Of a stretch of 64,000 bases of DNA, positions 1 through 14,739 are shown piece after piece. The translations under genes were made by a program, and so were the position numbers. The first letter of the stretch is position 1. Each line of letters opens with the position of its first letter. The notes under the pieces were generated by a model. It was given only the letters and a program-made list of their open reading frames with translations. It had not been told where the DNA came from and searched no databases. The stretch lies in assembly GCF_009914755.1 (NCBI RefSeq), contig NC_060929.1; one strand, given 5' to 3'. This DNA comes from the human T2T-CHM13v2.0 reference genome, Homo sapiens.

Positions 1-1119
1 CATTTTAGTGAAGCAATTAGCAGTCATTTTGTATGTGAAGCTTAATTGGGAAAATTGGGGGTGACTGTAGAAATAAGATGATGTATGGAAACCTAAATGC
101 TCACTTTCTCTTTTTCTTTTTGCGTTACCTATTACTGCATCACCTACATTGCTCTTACTAGAATGATTTATGTATAGTTCTCCTTGAGAAAAAGTAGGTA
201 CCATAGACCATATGTTTTCATAACAATTTTTTTGAGTGTTTAAGTTAGAATCACCAGAAAGATGTACTTGAGATGGCATTCTAGATTGTTAATGTGAAAA
301 AGATGTGTCAAGAGTCATATATAAGATGAAGATTTCAAATGATAGGTGTTTAGTTTCTATGTAGAGCTTTTGCTGCCCTCCACAACTACATCAAAAGATA
401 TATTTCAAGTCCCCTTGGTCAGCTCTTCTGAGGAGATTTTACACAAAAGCCCCTTAATTGGCTGTCAGTGAGTAGCACCTAGTTCTTTTCCTGTCCATAA
501 GATGTGGGAGAAAAAAAAGAGAGACATAAACTCAACAATATAATATTGTTGGAAATTATCTTATAGACACAAGCTTTGATTCCACATCTGCAGACTTGTG
601 ACTAGAGGGCAAGGATCCCCCTCCCCTTCCTTTCACCATTACTCTAAAGCTGGTCTCAATTCAAGATAAAAAGAAAGTTCTAAACTTTAAGATTATTTTA
701 ATATCAAAGGGAGATGATGAAAACGGCATTTCCATCCAAATTATAAGCTTATGTTTTCTTTTTAAATTAAATATGCTTAAAAAGCCAATCTCCAAATTTT
801 AGCACAGATGCTCACAAAGAATAGAGGCAATGGTTATTTAGCCAAGGGGGTTAATAATTAAGTGTTTTATTAAGCTGGCCTAATTTACATTTTAATTCAA
901 AAAGCATATTATAAATTAAAAGGAAAAAGCGTGTTTCTAAAAAAATGTCAAAAATCAAATATCAAAATAAAGATCAATCCTTTGAATTTGGTTCAAAAAT
1001 TTTTGAGATGAGTAAGATATAGTAAGAGGACTGTGTGATAGGAGCATATTTCTGAAATCCTTATCCAATTTTTTTCTTTAAATATTTTCTATTTTCTCTC
1101 CTAGCTAGGAGAGATAATT

Positions 1120-1803
1120 TTGATAGATAGCTGGAACTCGTTGTTTCCTAGATTTTTTTTCAGTTTAAAATTCCTAAGACCCAAGTTGTAAGAAAAATAG
1201 ATGGCATGGATTTGGAGAGAATGGAATTTTCTTTGGAAGACAGAAAACATCTTTTTGGGCTAAGAAAGAGAAAGACTCTGCAACCTGGACAGAGGGACCC
1301 TGAGCACTGCTTCTTGGGCAGTGCCACGTAGGTAATAGAACACCAGATGGATCTGGCAGGCACTAGAAGAGAGCTTGAAATCTGTTATGGCTGTATTCCA
1401 TTAAGATCCTGGACCACTACTTCTGCACAGAAGCAGAAGAATGGTTCCCATGCTCTGGAGTAGAGCTTCTTCAGAAGTAGTGAAGACACAGTTCTAAAAA
1501 GCCAAGCAGACAGCAAAGAGGCCTGTCTTCAGGGATCCAACTGAGTGCCCAAAAGGACAATGAATGGTTCAGTGTATGTTTATGTAGTATTAAGGCTGGA
1601 AGAATCAGACGAATGCCATGTACTACACCAAGTCTTCATACTCAGTACTAAAGATGAGAGGGAGAGGACATGGCAAACTGATGGAAATGAAGCTTCTGTC
1701 ATCTGACACAGTGGGAGTTCAAAATGGAAATTTAGTTGAATTATACCCAATAAAGTTATAACGTCTCACTTACCTGAGAGTGTGGATTGAGATTTATGCT
1801 CAC
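1120..1803 (+). mobile_element. Possible ancient LTR (MamGypLTR-like), very diverged
   Basis: ~680-bp GC-richer block with AATAAA near its 3' end (~1749). The resemblance to Gypsy-type mammalian LTRs is from memory only. Confidence 0.3.
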
Positions 1804-3747
1804 GATATTTGAAAATGATGGGGGAAGATGGAGATGAGTACCACAATATCAACTGATTTCTATCACTTTATCACTGTTAGCTGAAGTTAAAGAAGAATAG
1901 TTCCTTTCTCTAACAAGAACATAACTCTCTTTGATAGCTGTTTGAAAGGATAGTCTGCATCAGTATAATGGCAAGAATTTTTAAAAGTTCCTTAAGGTTC
2001 TTTGTCTCTATGTTCTGCTGTGAGATACTTTGCTGCCAGAAGCCTGCTGTCAACAAGGCATCAACATTTTTTCTTCTCTTTCATTTTCTTAATTCAGTTT
2101 GCTTATTTATTGGGGCTGTCTTCCGTTTTATCACCCAGAAACTAAGTAATATTTTAAAATATATCTTTGCTATGATATAGACTGTATAATACCTTGAAAT
2201 TAGTTTACCTGCTTCTCCAAGTTTCCATTTTTATCCTTTAATATGTGTTATTTGCATTTCCTTAAAGTTTTATTGACATTTAACTTTTCCCTTTACTTTT
2301 TTCTCTTTTAAATTCATCTTTGCTTTACTTGTTATTGTTCACTTCTGTTGTAATTTTTTTCTTTTTTGTAGCTTTGTGTTTTGAATATATTGTTAATTTT
2401 TATTTTTATCTTAGTTTTAATTTTAGTTCCTATATTATTTTTTTCTCTAAAATATTTTATCCTGGTAGTTATGTGTACCTTTTCATGGTCTTAAGATTCA
2501 ATTTCTTTATTCTTTGACATTTATCCTATTATTTTATTTTATATTGTCTTCCTTTCTCTTAAAGAAAGTATGACTTATTTTCTAAATAGCAATATAAGAA
2601 GCAGAGTTCAGAGCACGGAAGCAGTGAAGAACACTGAACAGAGGTTGGAAGGTTGAAGTTGAATGAGGTGATATTATTATCTGATTAAGTAGATGTTTGC
2701 TGATATTAACATAGCATTTTTGCAGGTTAAAATTATTGTAGTCTTATGATTTAGGGTTTCGGAAATAAACAGTTGTCTGTTTGTTCATGAACTGGAGCAG
2801 ACCCTCAAATTTATTTTTGGGGAAAATCTCTTGGACTTTTGACTCACTCTTATTCTACAACAGGATGCATTATATACTTAATGAGCTTTCCAACTCTCCA
2901 AAAAGAATAGCAATACTAGCTGAAAATGAAAGTATTTAGATCCTTCTTTGGAAAAAATCCTCTTTGATGAGCAACTTGAAAACGTATGCCGACATTTGAA
3001 ATATGCACAGAACAATTCCACATTGAAGAACGGAGATAAAATTCTATGGAAATTTCACAAAATACTTATTATGTTATTTAGCAGGGCATTTCATTTTCTT
3101 CTTTGGGTATATATGATGTGTATGTTAAAAAAGAGCAAGTTGGTCCTCTGGTTCCAGCAACATAAAAGATTGAACTTCTGATGCCCCTTGCTCATTGCAA
3201 ACAGGAAATTCAGGATAAAAATGCATATTTTAAAAAATTTTCAAAATATCTTTGGGAAAGCATCTCTAGGAGCCAACAACATAAAAGAGGCAAGTCAATG
3301 AGGTGATGACATGGTGGTCTTCGTAGGATTTTAGTCTAAGATATAAGACTAAATATTCGGGGATAACAATTTAAAAACACATGTAGCGAGAAAAGTTGTA
3401 TCCTTGGAACCTATTTCTATAGAGGTCACTGGGTAGATTAAGTTAAAAGAGAGAGGACTTAATGCAGATTTAGAAATAGTTTCTAGGGAAGGGATAGTAT
3501 AAAGCCTTACAATTACAAGTGTTCATTGTCATTATAGATAAGCCTTTTAAAGGTCACTTTAAAAAGTTAGAAAAGGGTTTTGGGAAAATGTTGAAGTGAT
3601 ATAATTTTTGAGTCTTCCAGAATTCCTCTATAAATAATACTGCATTAAATTATTTTCTCACATTTTCCCTTTTAAAAGTGATTCTACTCAGTTACCTCTA
3701 TAGGAATAAGTTGAGGGATACAACTCCTCTCTCTACATGTGATTTTT

Positions 3748-4051
3748 ATTTTTATTTATTTATTTTTTTGAGATGGAGTCTCGCTCTGTTGCCCAGGCTG
3801 GAGTGCAGTGGTGTGATCTTGGCTCACTGCAACCTCCGCCTCCTGGGTTCAAGTGATTCTCCGGCCTCAGCCTCCTGAGTAGCTGGGATTACTGACACCC
3901 ACCACCACACCTAGCTAATTTTTCTATTTTTAGTAGAGACAGGGTTTGCCCATGTTGGCCAGGCTGGTCTCGAACTCCTGACCTCAGGTGATTTGCCCAC
4001 TTTGCCCCCACCAAAGTGCTGGGATTACAGGTGTGAGCCACCAAGCCTGTC
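3748..4051 (-). mobile_element. Alu, full length (AluSx/Sz-like)
   Basis: Reverse Alu dimer with (TTTA)n/T tail. TSD CTACATGTGATTTTT at 3733-3747 and 4055-4069. Confidence 0.97.
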
Positions 4052-5236
4052 TCCCTACATGTGATTTTTGTTATTCCCAAATATGTGGTCCCATATCTTT
4101 GACTGAAATCCTGGCAAGGCTACCATATCATCACTTCATAGACTTACCATTCTGGCTTTAGTTTTTTTTTTTTTTTCTATGTTATTGGCTCCTAAATTTT
4201 TTTTTTTTCAGCTGACCAGCAACTAGGATTGTTACTTTGGGTGAAAAAGGACAATATCTACAGTAGTAGGAGACAAGGTATTACAAGACCCACAAATTAG
4301 AGGAGGTAAAGAAATTATGACATTGCAAAATCCCAGTGGGCAGGCAGAAAGAAGAAACAAACAAGAGTATTCCAAAGTAGTAAACAGCAACTTACTGGAA
4401 AGTACTACAGGCCAACTTGAGAACAGCAGCTGAAATTGGAAAAAGTTTTTACCCACACCAATTTGAAGATGAGTACAAGGGATACGGTAAGGTCTGAAAA
4501 GGCCAGAGCAGCTCTATAAACTTTCAAAATGAAACACAAACGTCTGAGAAACCTACAGGAATAAAGTTCAAATTAGGCAGAGCAGTGAGAGTGGGAGCAG
4601 AAAGCAAAAGTTGAGGGAGGGGAACAAAGCCAGAAGATTGTCAAAAAGTCAGAGGCTATAGCTGCTTAACACTTCATTAAACCTATAGGGCAGAGTTCTA
4701 GATTAGTGTTGCCAAAAGAAGTTGCATTCCACCCATTCATTCTATAAGTTAAGGAAAAATAAGTTGAATTTGATATGAAGTTATTATAAGAAAGAGAGAG
4801 AGAATAAGGAGCATACTAATGTCCTTACACACAATTGAAGCCAGAGAGACATGTTCATAAAACAAAAAGTATAACCTGAAATCTTAATATTTCAAAATGA
4901 GCTAAAAATTAAGAAAGTGATAGATGATATGAAAGAATAAAATAACTTAGACATAAGATGTTAGAAGTCAGGAAAGAATTAGTAATCAAAGGAAAAAATA
5001 ATTTCAGAAATGATGACTAATTTGAATAAACACAAAAATAAACACAACAAATAATACCCGAAGATAAATAGAAAAAAATAAAATGCAGGAAGGGAAAATA
5101 ATTTTTTAAAAAGTGAAAGATAAAGAAGATAGGCAGAAAAGACTGAACATGAGTATAATAGGAACTTCTGAATAAGAAAACCAAAACAATGGGAATAAAA
5201 ACAAATACTAAAACTATAACTTAAGAAAATAGTTTT

Positions 5237-5532
<296 letters not shown>

Positions 5533-6772
5533 TCAAAAGTGCATATTGAAAGAGCTCACTATTTATATATTTATATGACAAACTTGGCATAGAAATATGT
5601 TATTTAAAATATGCACAAAGCAAGGCATTTTATAGTAATGGACTATAAAGAAAAAGAAAAGGAAACAAAATAAATTGAAAACTAGGCAAAAAGCCCAAGA
5701 CATTTATCAGGAAAAGTAACACAGTGTCATCAAACTTTTTGATAGGAATGCTGTTTGCCAGAAAACAATAGAGTAGCATATTGGAAGATAATAAAAGAAA
5801 GCGTGAGCCAATGGCTTTATGTCCAGCCCAGATGACTTTCTGTTTAAAAACTGCACACAAACCATTATAAACATGCAATAATTTAGGTGATTTTTTTTGA
5901 GAAATCTAAAGAATGAGCTTCAGGCTAATTCTTCAACAATAAAGAATGAAGAAAAATTTACATAAGTAATGGTGGTAAGTACTGAATATGTAATTACATG
6001 TAGAATTTCAACTAGATGGTAATTATATGACAGAGTGTAATATGTAATGGCTATATACTCTGAAAATAATTTCATAGTACAACTTTCAAAATATTAGGGG
6101 AAAGTAGGGAAAACACGAAAAGTAGGAAAAGCTTACTGTTTACTTCATAGTTATTATTTGAGAGTAAATTAATATAATTTGAAACCAGATGTTGGAGAGA
6201 TGCAGGGAAAAGAACAAAAGAGGGTATTACCTCTTAATATGGCTCATAGTAAGAACCAAATAAAAAATAACCAAAAAAGGGGAAAGTGCTATATCTGTTA
6301 CAACATATAAGAAATTAATATATAAGTGTTGAAGGCAAACTGTTAATCATATTAAAAAAATAAAATGGGATTAATTTATCTATTAATTTTTTTGATTGGT
6401 AAACAAAACAACATCCAACACTGTATTATATAAGAAGCACATCCAAAACAAAGAGATTTGGAGTGGTTTAAAATAAACTAATTGTTAAAGCTATATCAGG
6501 AAAATAAAAATACAAAGAAAGGAGTGGCTAAAATATTGCTATCTGACTAGGTAGAATTCAAACTGGAAAATAAGAAGAGATGAAGATACTTTGTAACGCT
6601 AAATGTTAAAACACAATGAAAATAAAGCAGTTATTCATATTTAAAACACAGAAGCATCTTTCACACTACAGGAGATTGAAGGGGAAAGAGAAGCAGTAAT
6701 ACTAGAAAATTTTAACACACTTTTAAAATCCAAATCAGATGAATTAGACTAAAAATTAGTGATGATATAGAA

Positions 6773-6951
6773 CAGGGTCATCAAGTATTTTCTATGAAAG
6801 GCCTGACAGTAAATATTTCAGATTTTGTGAGCCATACTGTCCCTGTTGCTTCTGCTCAACTTTGATGTTGTAGTGCAAAAGTACTCAGAGACAATACATA
6901 AAGAAACAAGAATGGCTATTTTCCAATATTTTATTTAGTTTGCTAACCCTG
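6773..6951 (+). mobile_element. hAT-Charlie MITE, MER58A-like
   Basis: Termini CAGGGT...ACCCTG, internal AGTAAATATTT...GCCATA...CTCAACT motifs, and an 8-bp TSD ATATAGAA/ATATAAAA (1 mismatch). Confidence 0.85.
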
Positions 6952-7082
6952 ATATAAAAAACCTAAATAACATCATCAAATAAACTTTATGTATGTATGT
7001 ATGTATGTGTAATTGTGCCTATAACAACATATATGCATATGTATCTTTCAGTGAAATCAGATTATAGCTATCTAATCAAATA

Positions 7083-7125
<43 letters not shown>
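7083..7125. repeat. (TG)n(TA)n microsatellite
   Basis: Read directly. A (TATG)n tract lies nearby at ~6988-7008. Confidence 0.95.
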
Positions 7126-7127
<2 letters not shown>

Positions 7128-7387
7128 TTTTAACAGTATGGGGAACACTCACAAAAATTGACCTTAATTTAAACCATAGAAAAATCCATGAATTCCAAAG
7201 GTTAAGCTTAATGCGGGACCATTTTCTTACCATAGTGCAATAAAACTAGAAATTAATGACAGAAAGCCACCACAAACATTTTAACACCTGCAAACTTATG
7301 AAATTAAATCCTACATCCATAAGACTAAAAAATGAACAATAAAGAATTAAAAAAAAACAATTCAACACGTTAGAAATTAAAACACAA

Positions 7388-8145
7388 AAAGTGCTCAACA
7401 TTACTAATCATTAGAGAAATGTAAATCAAAATCAGAACGAGATATCATCTCACACCAGTCAGAATGGCTATTATTAAAAAGTCAAAATATAACAGATGCT
7501 GATGAGGTTGCAGAGGAAAGGAAACACTTATATTCTGCTGGTAGGAATGTAAATCAGTTAAACCACTATAAAAAGCATTTTGGCAATTTCTCAAAAAACT
7601 TAGAATTACCATTCAATCCAGCAATCCCATTATCAGGTATATATCCAAAGGAATATAAATTGTTCCACCATAAAGACACACACATGTATGTTCATCACAG
7701 TACTATTCACAATAGCAAAGATATAAAATTAACCTAGATGCCTATCAACAGTAGACTGGATAAAGGAAATGTGGTACATATACACCATGAAATATTACGC
7801 AACCATAAAAAAGAACAAAATCATGTCCTTTTTAGCCACATGGATGGAGCTGGACACCATTATCCTAGGCAAACTAATTCAGAAACGGAAAAAAGAAATA
7901 CCACATGTTTTCACCTATAAATGGGAGCTAAACATTAAGTACACACAGACATACAAAAGAGAACAATAGACATGGGGGCCTGCTTGAGGGTGGAGAGTGG
8001 AAGGAGGGTAAGGATCGAATAACTACCTATTGGGTACCATGCTTATTACATGGGTGAGGAAATAATCTGTACACCAAACCCCCATGACACATAATTTGCC
8101 TGTGTAACAAATCTGCACGTCCCCCTGAAACTGAAAGTTTTTTTT
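7388..8145 (+). mobile_element. L1 3' end (L1PA15-17-like)
   Basis: ORF2 C-terminus (MWYIYTMKYYATIKKNKIMSF) followed by a 3' UTR with GGGGCCTGCTTGAGGGTGGAG...CCAAACCCCCATGACAC. Confidence 0.88.
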
Positions 8146-8149
8146 TTAA

Positions 8150-9160
8150 GATGTGCAAAAGTTCTGAAAAAACTCCTCACTTAGAAGATACACAGATGGC
8201 AAATAAGCATATGGAAAGATGCCCAACATTACATGTCACTAGATTATTGCAAATTAAAACAATGAGATACCACTACCCACATACTAGAATGGGTAAAATT
8301 CAAAATACTGACAAGACCAAACCACTGGCAAGGATGTGAAACAGTGGGAACTCTCATTCGTTGCTGGAGGGAATGCAAAATGGTATAGTCACTTTAGAAG
8401 GCAGTTTGGCAGTTTCTTACAAAGCCAAACAGTCTTGCCATACAATCCAGCAATTGGACTTTGAAGTATTGATCCAATTTAGTTTAAAACTTATGTCCAT
8501 ACAAAAACCTGCACAGATGTTTATGGCATTGTTACTCATAATGGCTAAAAATTGGAAGCAACTAAGGTGTCTCTCAATAGGGGAGTAAATAAAGGAACTG
8601 TGTTAAATCCACACAACAGGATATTACTCATCTCTTAAAAAAAATGAGCTATCAAGCCATAAAGAGACATGGAGGAAACTTTAATACATGTTGTTAAGTG
8701 AGAGAAGCCAATCTGAAAAGGCTATACTATATTATATGATTCCAACTATATTATGTTCTGGAAAAGGTAAAACTATAGAGACAGGAAAAAAAGATTAAGT
8801 GGTTGCCAGGGGTTGGTAGGTAGGTAGAGGGATGAATAGGTAAAGTACAGACAATTTTTAGGGCAGCAAAAATTATTCTGTATGTTGCTGTAATGGTGGA
8901 TACATGACACTAACATTTGACAAACCTATGTAACTGCACAACACAAAGAGTGAACCCTTGATGTGAACTATGGATATTCATTAATAATAATGTAGCAATA
9001 TTGGTTCATTAGTTTCAACAAATGAACCACATGAATGCAAGATATTAATCACAGGAGAGATTGTGTGTAAGAGAAGGGTTATATGAGGACTCTTCTCTTT
9101 AAATTTTCTATAAACTTAAATTTTCTCTAAAAATAAAGTTTATTAAAAAAGAAAAAAATA
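8150..9160 (+). mobile_element. L1MC-like 3' end
   Basis: ORF2 remnant (DTQMANKHMERC...QIKTMRYHY), L1MC-type UTR (ATGAGCTATCAAGCCAT...GAAGCCAATCTGAAAAGGCTA), AATAAA and an A tail. Confidence 0.85.
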
Positions 9161-9164
9161 ATAA

Positions 9165-9970
9165 AATAAATGCAAAAATCAACAAGTCAGAAGACAGAAA
9201 TACTATAAAACTAAAAGCTGGGTTTTTGAAAAATAAAACAATAAAATAGATAAGCTACTAACCAACCTAATTTTAAAAAATGAGGGAGAAATGGTAAATA
9301 TAACACAATTAGGACAAAAGAGAAATAATCATGGACACAGAAAAAATTAAAATAACTTAAAGCAACTACTTACAATAGCTCTATGGAAATAACTTTGAAA
9401 ATGTAAATTAAGTAGATGAGTTTTTAGAAAAAAATGCAGGTGACTAAAATTGACCCCAGTGGAGACAGTCTACACAGACAAATGATCTTAAATAGAGAAA
9501 GTAACTGAATACACCCCCATAAAGAGAAGATCTCCAGATTGTTTCATGGAAGAATTCAACCAAGTCTTTAATAATAACATAATTATAATGCTACTTAAAT
9601 TATTTCAAATCATGAAAGAGAAAAAAATTAGAATTTATTTTTATGAAGTAGGTATTACATTGATCTCCAAAGCTGACCATGCTATACCAGAAAAGAAACA
9701 ACAGACTAGTCATATGAATTTTGGATACAATAGTCTTAAATAAAACTAAATACTAATGAACAGACTCCATTGGTACATTTAAAAAGAAGTATGAACAAGT
9801 GGGTTTCATATTAGAAAAAACATCAAGAGTTCATCCTGTTAATAAAGCAACACTACAAAATCATTTTGATTATTTCCACAGATGCAGAAAAGGCAACATC
9901 AAAGGACATTGGTGTCAAGAACAATCAGTAAAATGAATTGATGGATACTTCTGTAATATGATAAAACACA
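9165..9970 (+). mobile_element. Old L1M ORF2 fragment
   Basis: Decayed ORF2 (LLKLFQ...FYEVGITLISK; GATGCAGAAAAGGCA). Probably the continuation of 4850-7380. Confidence 0.7.
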
Positions 9971-10109
9971 TACCTATAACATAACTCTACCTTAGGATCC
10001 AGAAATTCCATTAAATAATCATCAACAGATATTGTTGTAGATTCATTCAATAGACTATTGTGCAGTAGTTAATAGGAACTAGCTAGGGCTAAATAGACTG
10101 GCTATGCAC

Positions 10110-10295
10110 TTACCTGCTAATTTCTATCTGTGTGACCTTGGCAAATCTGCTTAATTTCCCTGAGCTTTGATTTGGTGTTTCTATCTGTAAAATGGAGATA
10201 ATGATATCTACCTTCCAGTGCTGCAGTAAGAATTAGAATTAACATATGTGTAAAGCTCTTTGCACAGTGTGAAACATGGCAGGCACTCAGATGAT
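10110..10295 (+). mobile_element. MIR SINE
   Basis: Core TGTGACCTTGGCAAAT...ATCTGTAAAATGGAGATAAT and MIR tail. Confidence 0.8.
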
Positions 10296-10554
10296 GATCT
10301 GAGAAGTGCACTAATGCTGCCAAGTTTATTTAACTAGGTTATAGCAAGCGGATTAAATAGAGCTTTAATAATAAGGTAAAAGTTACCAGATCCTTTTCAT
10401 AATGTTGCCTTAGCTGAAATTCATATCTCTTATTGCTTGAATTACAACAACCTCCTGTCTGATCTTCTTGACTCCAGTCTTTCTTCTTATCAAAGTCTGG
10501 ATGTATAGGGGGAACAGGAGAAAATCAAAATGTGATGTCAAGATTCTAAAATCA

Positions 10555-10752
10555 GAGGGTTGTGAAATCAATTTAGTAGGCCAAAGCCAGAATTTTAAAC
10601 AATAAAATAGATTAGAAAATGTCAGTGCATTCTATATAGTAAAATTACATGCTCTTTTGTGAAACTATTTTTTTAAGTTCTATTTCTATGTATGCCTACC
10701 GAATTTTGATGTGAGAGCATTTACTGTGGGTGACAAAGTTTGATAGTCTCGG
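10555..10752 (-). mobile_element. hAT-Charlie MITE (MER112-like), one end missing, inside an L2 remnant
   Basis: GTGAAATCAATTTAGT...TTTACTGTGGGT...AAAGTTTGA motifs, with L2-like sequence on both sides (~10420-10495 and ~10758-10800). Confidence 0.5.
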
Positions 10753-13354
10753 CATATTGTCCATTCTCTATAAGTCAGCTGGAGTGATCTACTCTACTTG
10801 ACAATATGTCAAGCCATTAGTTTTCAAAGAAGTGACATCTTGTCGGTAATGAAGATCCCTTTAGATAGGTTGCATATGGATCTAATATAAATAAAATATA
10901 TTATTACTCTTCAAATATGGATCTCCTAGGTTTTAGGCCATTTTTACTTTACAATTTCCCTCTCATTTCCTGCCTTTTGATCATTTCTTTATAGTTAGCA
11001 GCTTTGTAAGAGCAGTATTATAGGGAGAACAGAGGAGAATCAAAACGTGATGTCAAGTTTCTAAAATTTATAAAAATGACTGTTAAGTACTACTCAGCAC
11101 TTACTGTGTTGGAATTATAAGAAGGAATTACAAGAAGTTCTGCTATCTTGTCATTATGACATCATTATCATTATCATCATACATTATCTCATTAAATCCT
11201 CACACCAACCCTACAAGCCTAAGGTGGAGGAATTAAAATCTGGCAAAGTAATCTGCCACAATTGTGTAATTCAAGCTGGTTTCTCATTTTTATATTTAAA
11301 ATGACAAAAGTGGGGTCACAGCAAAGGTGGAAATGAGGGGCTAAATTGAAAATTTAAGTTGAATTTTGTAGTTGATTTATCAAAAAAAAAAACAAAACAA
11401 AAAACCTTCCTGTCCATGGGTTATAGAGAATAGTCTGGACAATGGATATCATGCTGTACCTCACAGTGTTTTTACTTTGTCTGGTACATTTTGCTGTACC
11501 ATTGAGAAATTAATAAGAATTAAGAAACTAATATCACTCACTCATTCATCTTTTAGGGACATTTAGAAACATGTTAAGCAAATAAGAAAAATGAAAATCA
11601 TAGTCAATTAAGGAGTTAGGCATGTAAGTGAAAGGTACAGCCTTGCAGTTAAAGATAGAACTGCTATGAACATGCAAACCTAAGAGAAAAGATTGATCAT
11701 TTAAGCCTTTAACTCCCCTGGAGCAATCAGAGAAGACTTTCTGAAGAGATGGCACTTGAACTGAGTATTGATGGATGAACAAGAGATTGCCAATTGAATT
11801 CTTACGGGCACGTTGAAAAATACAGAGCCTGTGGCAGAAGTGGCTCCAAAAGGCTGCAGCAAAGAGCAAACATCTGGAAAGCTGATAAAAGCAGTAGCCA
11901 GGTGATCAGAGCTAGAGCATGACAACTCCCTTGATGCTTCCTGTTCCCCAGCCTTTAAAATCTTTGAAATGAACTTGCTTTATAACCACTGATGGAAGTA
12001 TGGTGGTGGGAAATAAAGGAAGTATTTGGAATGAAGAAGTTTGACAACTGTTCTGAAGTACTGTGTGCCTCATCATTTTCAGATTCAATTTCTTTTTTCG
12101 TTGAATGAGGCACAGTCATAACAATTCCATTACTCCGGACATTTACAGTTCATTCCCAGATAATATGATAAGGATTATCCTCCTGCTGCCCTGCATCCCC
12201 GCTCCACTGCTTTTGAACTCTTGACAATAGCATTGTCAGGAGACCAAAGGCATATCATTAATCACCCTTAAATTTCTTGGAAGTACTCATTTGAGGGAAA
12301 GCCCTAAAGGATCTTTCAGCTATTTGTTTTTGGACACAATAAATAATGGAGAAGAATAAAATCAAGAATAGGACCTGTTTTACTTTTCCAGATCCCCTTG
12401 GCTCAAGTGTAAAAGAAACCACAGACGGAAGCCCACAGATGGAGGCTCCTGATCATACAGCTGCGTCTTTGTTGGTACAGAAAACCAATTGTGGGTAGGA
12501 GCCATGGAGGAAGAGACAATATTAGAATGCAATGGCATTTTAATTATACTTACCATAATTCTAATGTTCTCTTCTGTGGTGAAGTGTTTGGGGAGTTGTC
12601 TTGAAACTAGAATCCAATCCTGCAAACTTCAATCCATTAGAGCGGTGCTGTTTGGAAATATACAGAGAAGCAAGTTTGAAAGATTTTCCAATAATCTCGC
12701 TTTGTAGTGTTTAGACTTCCTCTGATGACTGGAGAGGAGAAGGAAGAGAGAAAGCCAGGAGATTAAGTGGCCCATTTCTGTTCCTTAGGGATGTCCACTG
12801 GAGAACAAGCTTAACTCCTTGAACTATTTAAACTGCCTCTGAACATTCTTACAGAAGCCTGGTATACTGGACATGAATCCTATTTTCCCGAAAGAGGTAA
12901 TATAGCTCTAAGCTAGTGCTACCATTCCTATTTTCCAGGACTGGAAACTTCAGAGCCAATTAAGTAGGCTACCTACTAAGAGTCATACTGAATTTCATTT
13001 CATAGGTATTTATGAGCCTACTATGTTCCAGGCACAGGGGTGAGTGAAAGAGATGCTGGTCTTGCCCTCCTGGAGCTTGTTGTCTAGTAGGAAAAACATA
13101 TATTAAGCTAATGAATTAATTACATGGCAACACTTGTGATAAATGCAAAGTAAAGAGGGATATGAGAGCACGTAAGAGTGGGACTAGAAATGGATGAAGG
13201 GGTCATCGGAGGCTATCCTGGCTAACATAAGCCTTTTGTACTGAACAGATTACACAGTTTAAGAGGGAGGGAAGCAAGCTTCAAGTAGAGGTAACAGGAT
13301 GTGTGAAGACTCAGTGGCTGAAAAGAGTGTGATTTAAACCACAATCTTCAAAGT

Positions 13355-13485
13355 GTGAAGGAAGCAGACTCATTTTACGTGGCTGAAACAGGAGAAAGAG
13401 AGAGATGGGGGGAGGTGCCACACGGTTTTAAACAACCAAATCTCATGAGCAGTCACTATCATGAGAGCCACGCTGAGGGGGAAAT
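13355..13485 (-). repeat. Inverted partial copy of the adjacent MST LTR (13677-13806)
   Basis: The reverse complement aligns over ~130 bp at roughly 90% identity by eye. Confidence 0.9.
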
Positions 13486-13570
13486 AAGGCAGGGAAGACT
13501 GGGGTGACTGGAGTACAGAGAGCTAGCACATGAGGCCAGGAAGGGGTGGAGATTAAACTGGAGAGCCCTG

Positions 13571-13953
13571 TGATAAGGTCTGGGTCTGTGTGCACCCAGC
13601 CCAAATCTCATGTCAAATTGTAATCCCTAGTGTTGGAGGTGGGGCCTGGTGGGAGGTGATTGGATCATGGGGGTGGATTTCCCCCTCAGTGTGGCTCTCA
13701 TGATAGTGAGCGCTCATGAGATTTGGTTGTTTAAAACTGTGTAGCACCTCCGCCATCTCTCTCTTCCTCCTGCTCCAGCCACAAAAGATGAGTCTGTTTC
13801 CTTCACCTTCCGGCATGATTGTAAGTTTCCTGAGGCCTCCCAAGTCATGCTTCCTATAGAGCCTGTGGAACCATGAACGAATGAAACCTCTTTTCTTTAT
13901 AAATTACCAGTCTCAGGTATTTCTTTACAGCACTGCAAGAATGAACTAATACA
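13571..13953 (+). mobile_element. MaLR solo LTR (MSTA/MSTB-like)
   Basis: TGATA...CTAATACA termini, CCCAAATCTCATG and TAAGTTTCCTGAGGCCTCCC motifs. Perfect 5-bp TSD CCCTG at 13566-13570 and 13954-13958. Confidence 0.93.
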
Positions 13954-14213
13954 CCCTGTAAGCCGTACTAATGATATTTCACTTTATTCTAAGATTCTAA
14001 GATGGGAAACCAACAACTTTAAATGCTCTGACCTGAGCATTTTTGAAAGGTCTATTTGGTGATTGTGTATAGGTTGATTTGGAAGGTGGCAGGTGTGGAA
14101 GGAGTTTTAGTTAAGAGGTGTTTGTGGCAGTGGTGATGGAGAGAATCTCACACATTCAAGAGAGGTTTAAGAATGATGTTAGCAAGGTTTGGTGACCGAT
14201 TTGATATGATCTA

Positions 14214-14574
<361 letters not shown>

Positions 14575-14739
14575 CTAAGTTTTCTTAATAAATGAGTAGA
14601 TATTTGGTTGTACATTTGCTGACATTAAGACTCAAGAGAAGGACCAAGTATGGAGAATGAGTGCTGGGAAGAAAAACTGTGAGTTTGAATTTGGGCAGTA
14701 GAACTTAGGGTGCTTCCAAAAGACCAGGGCCACTGAAGG

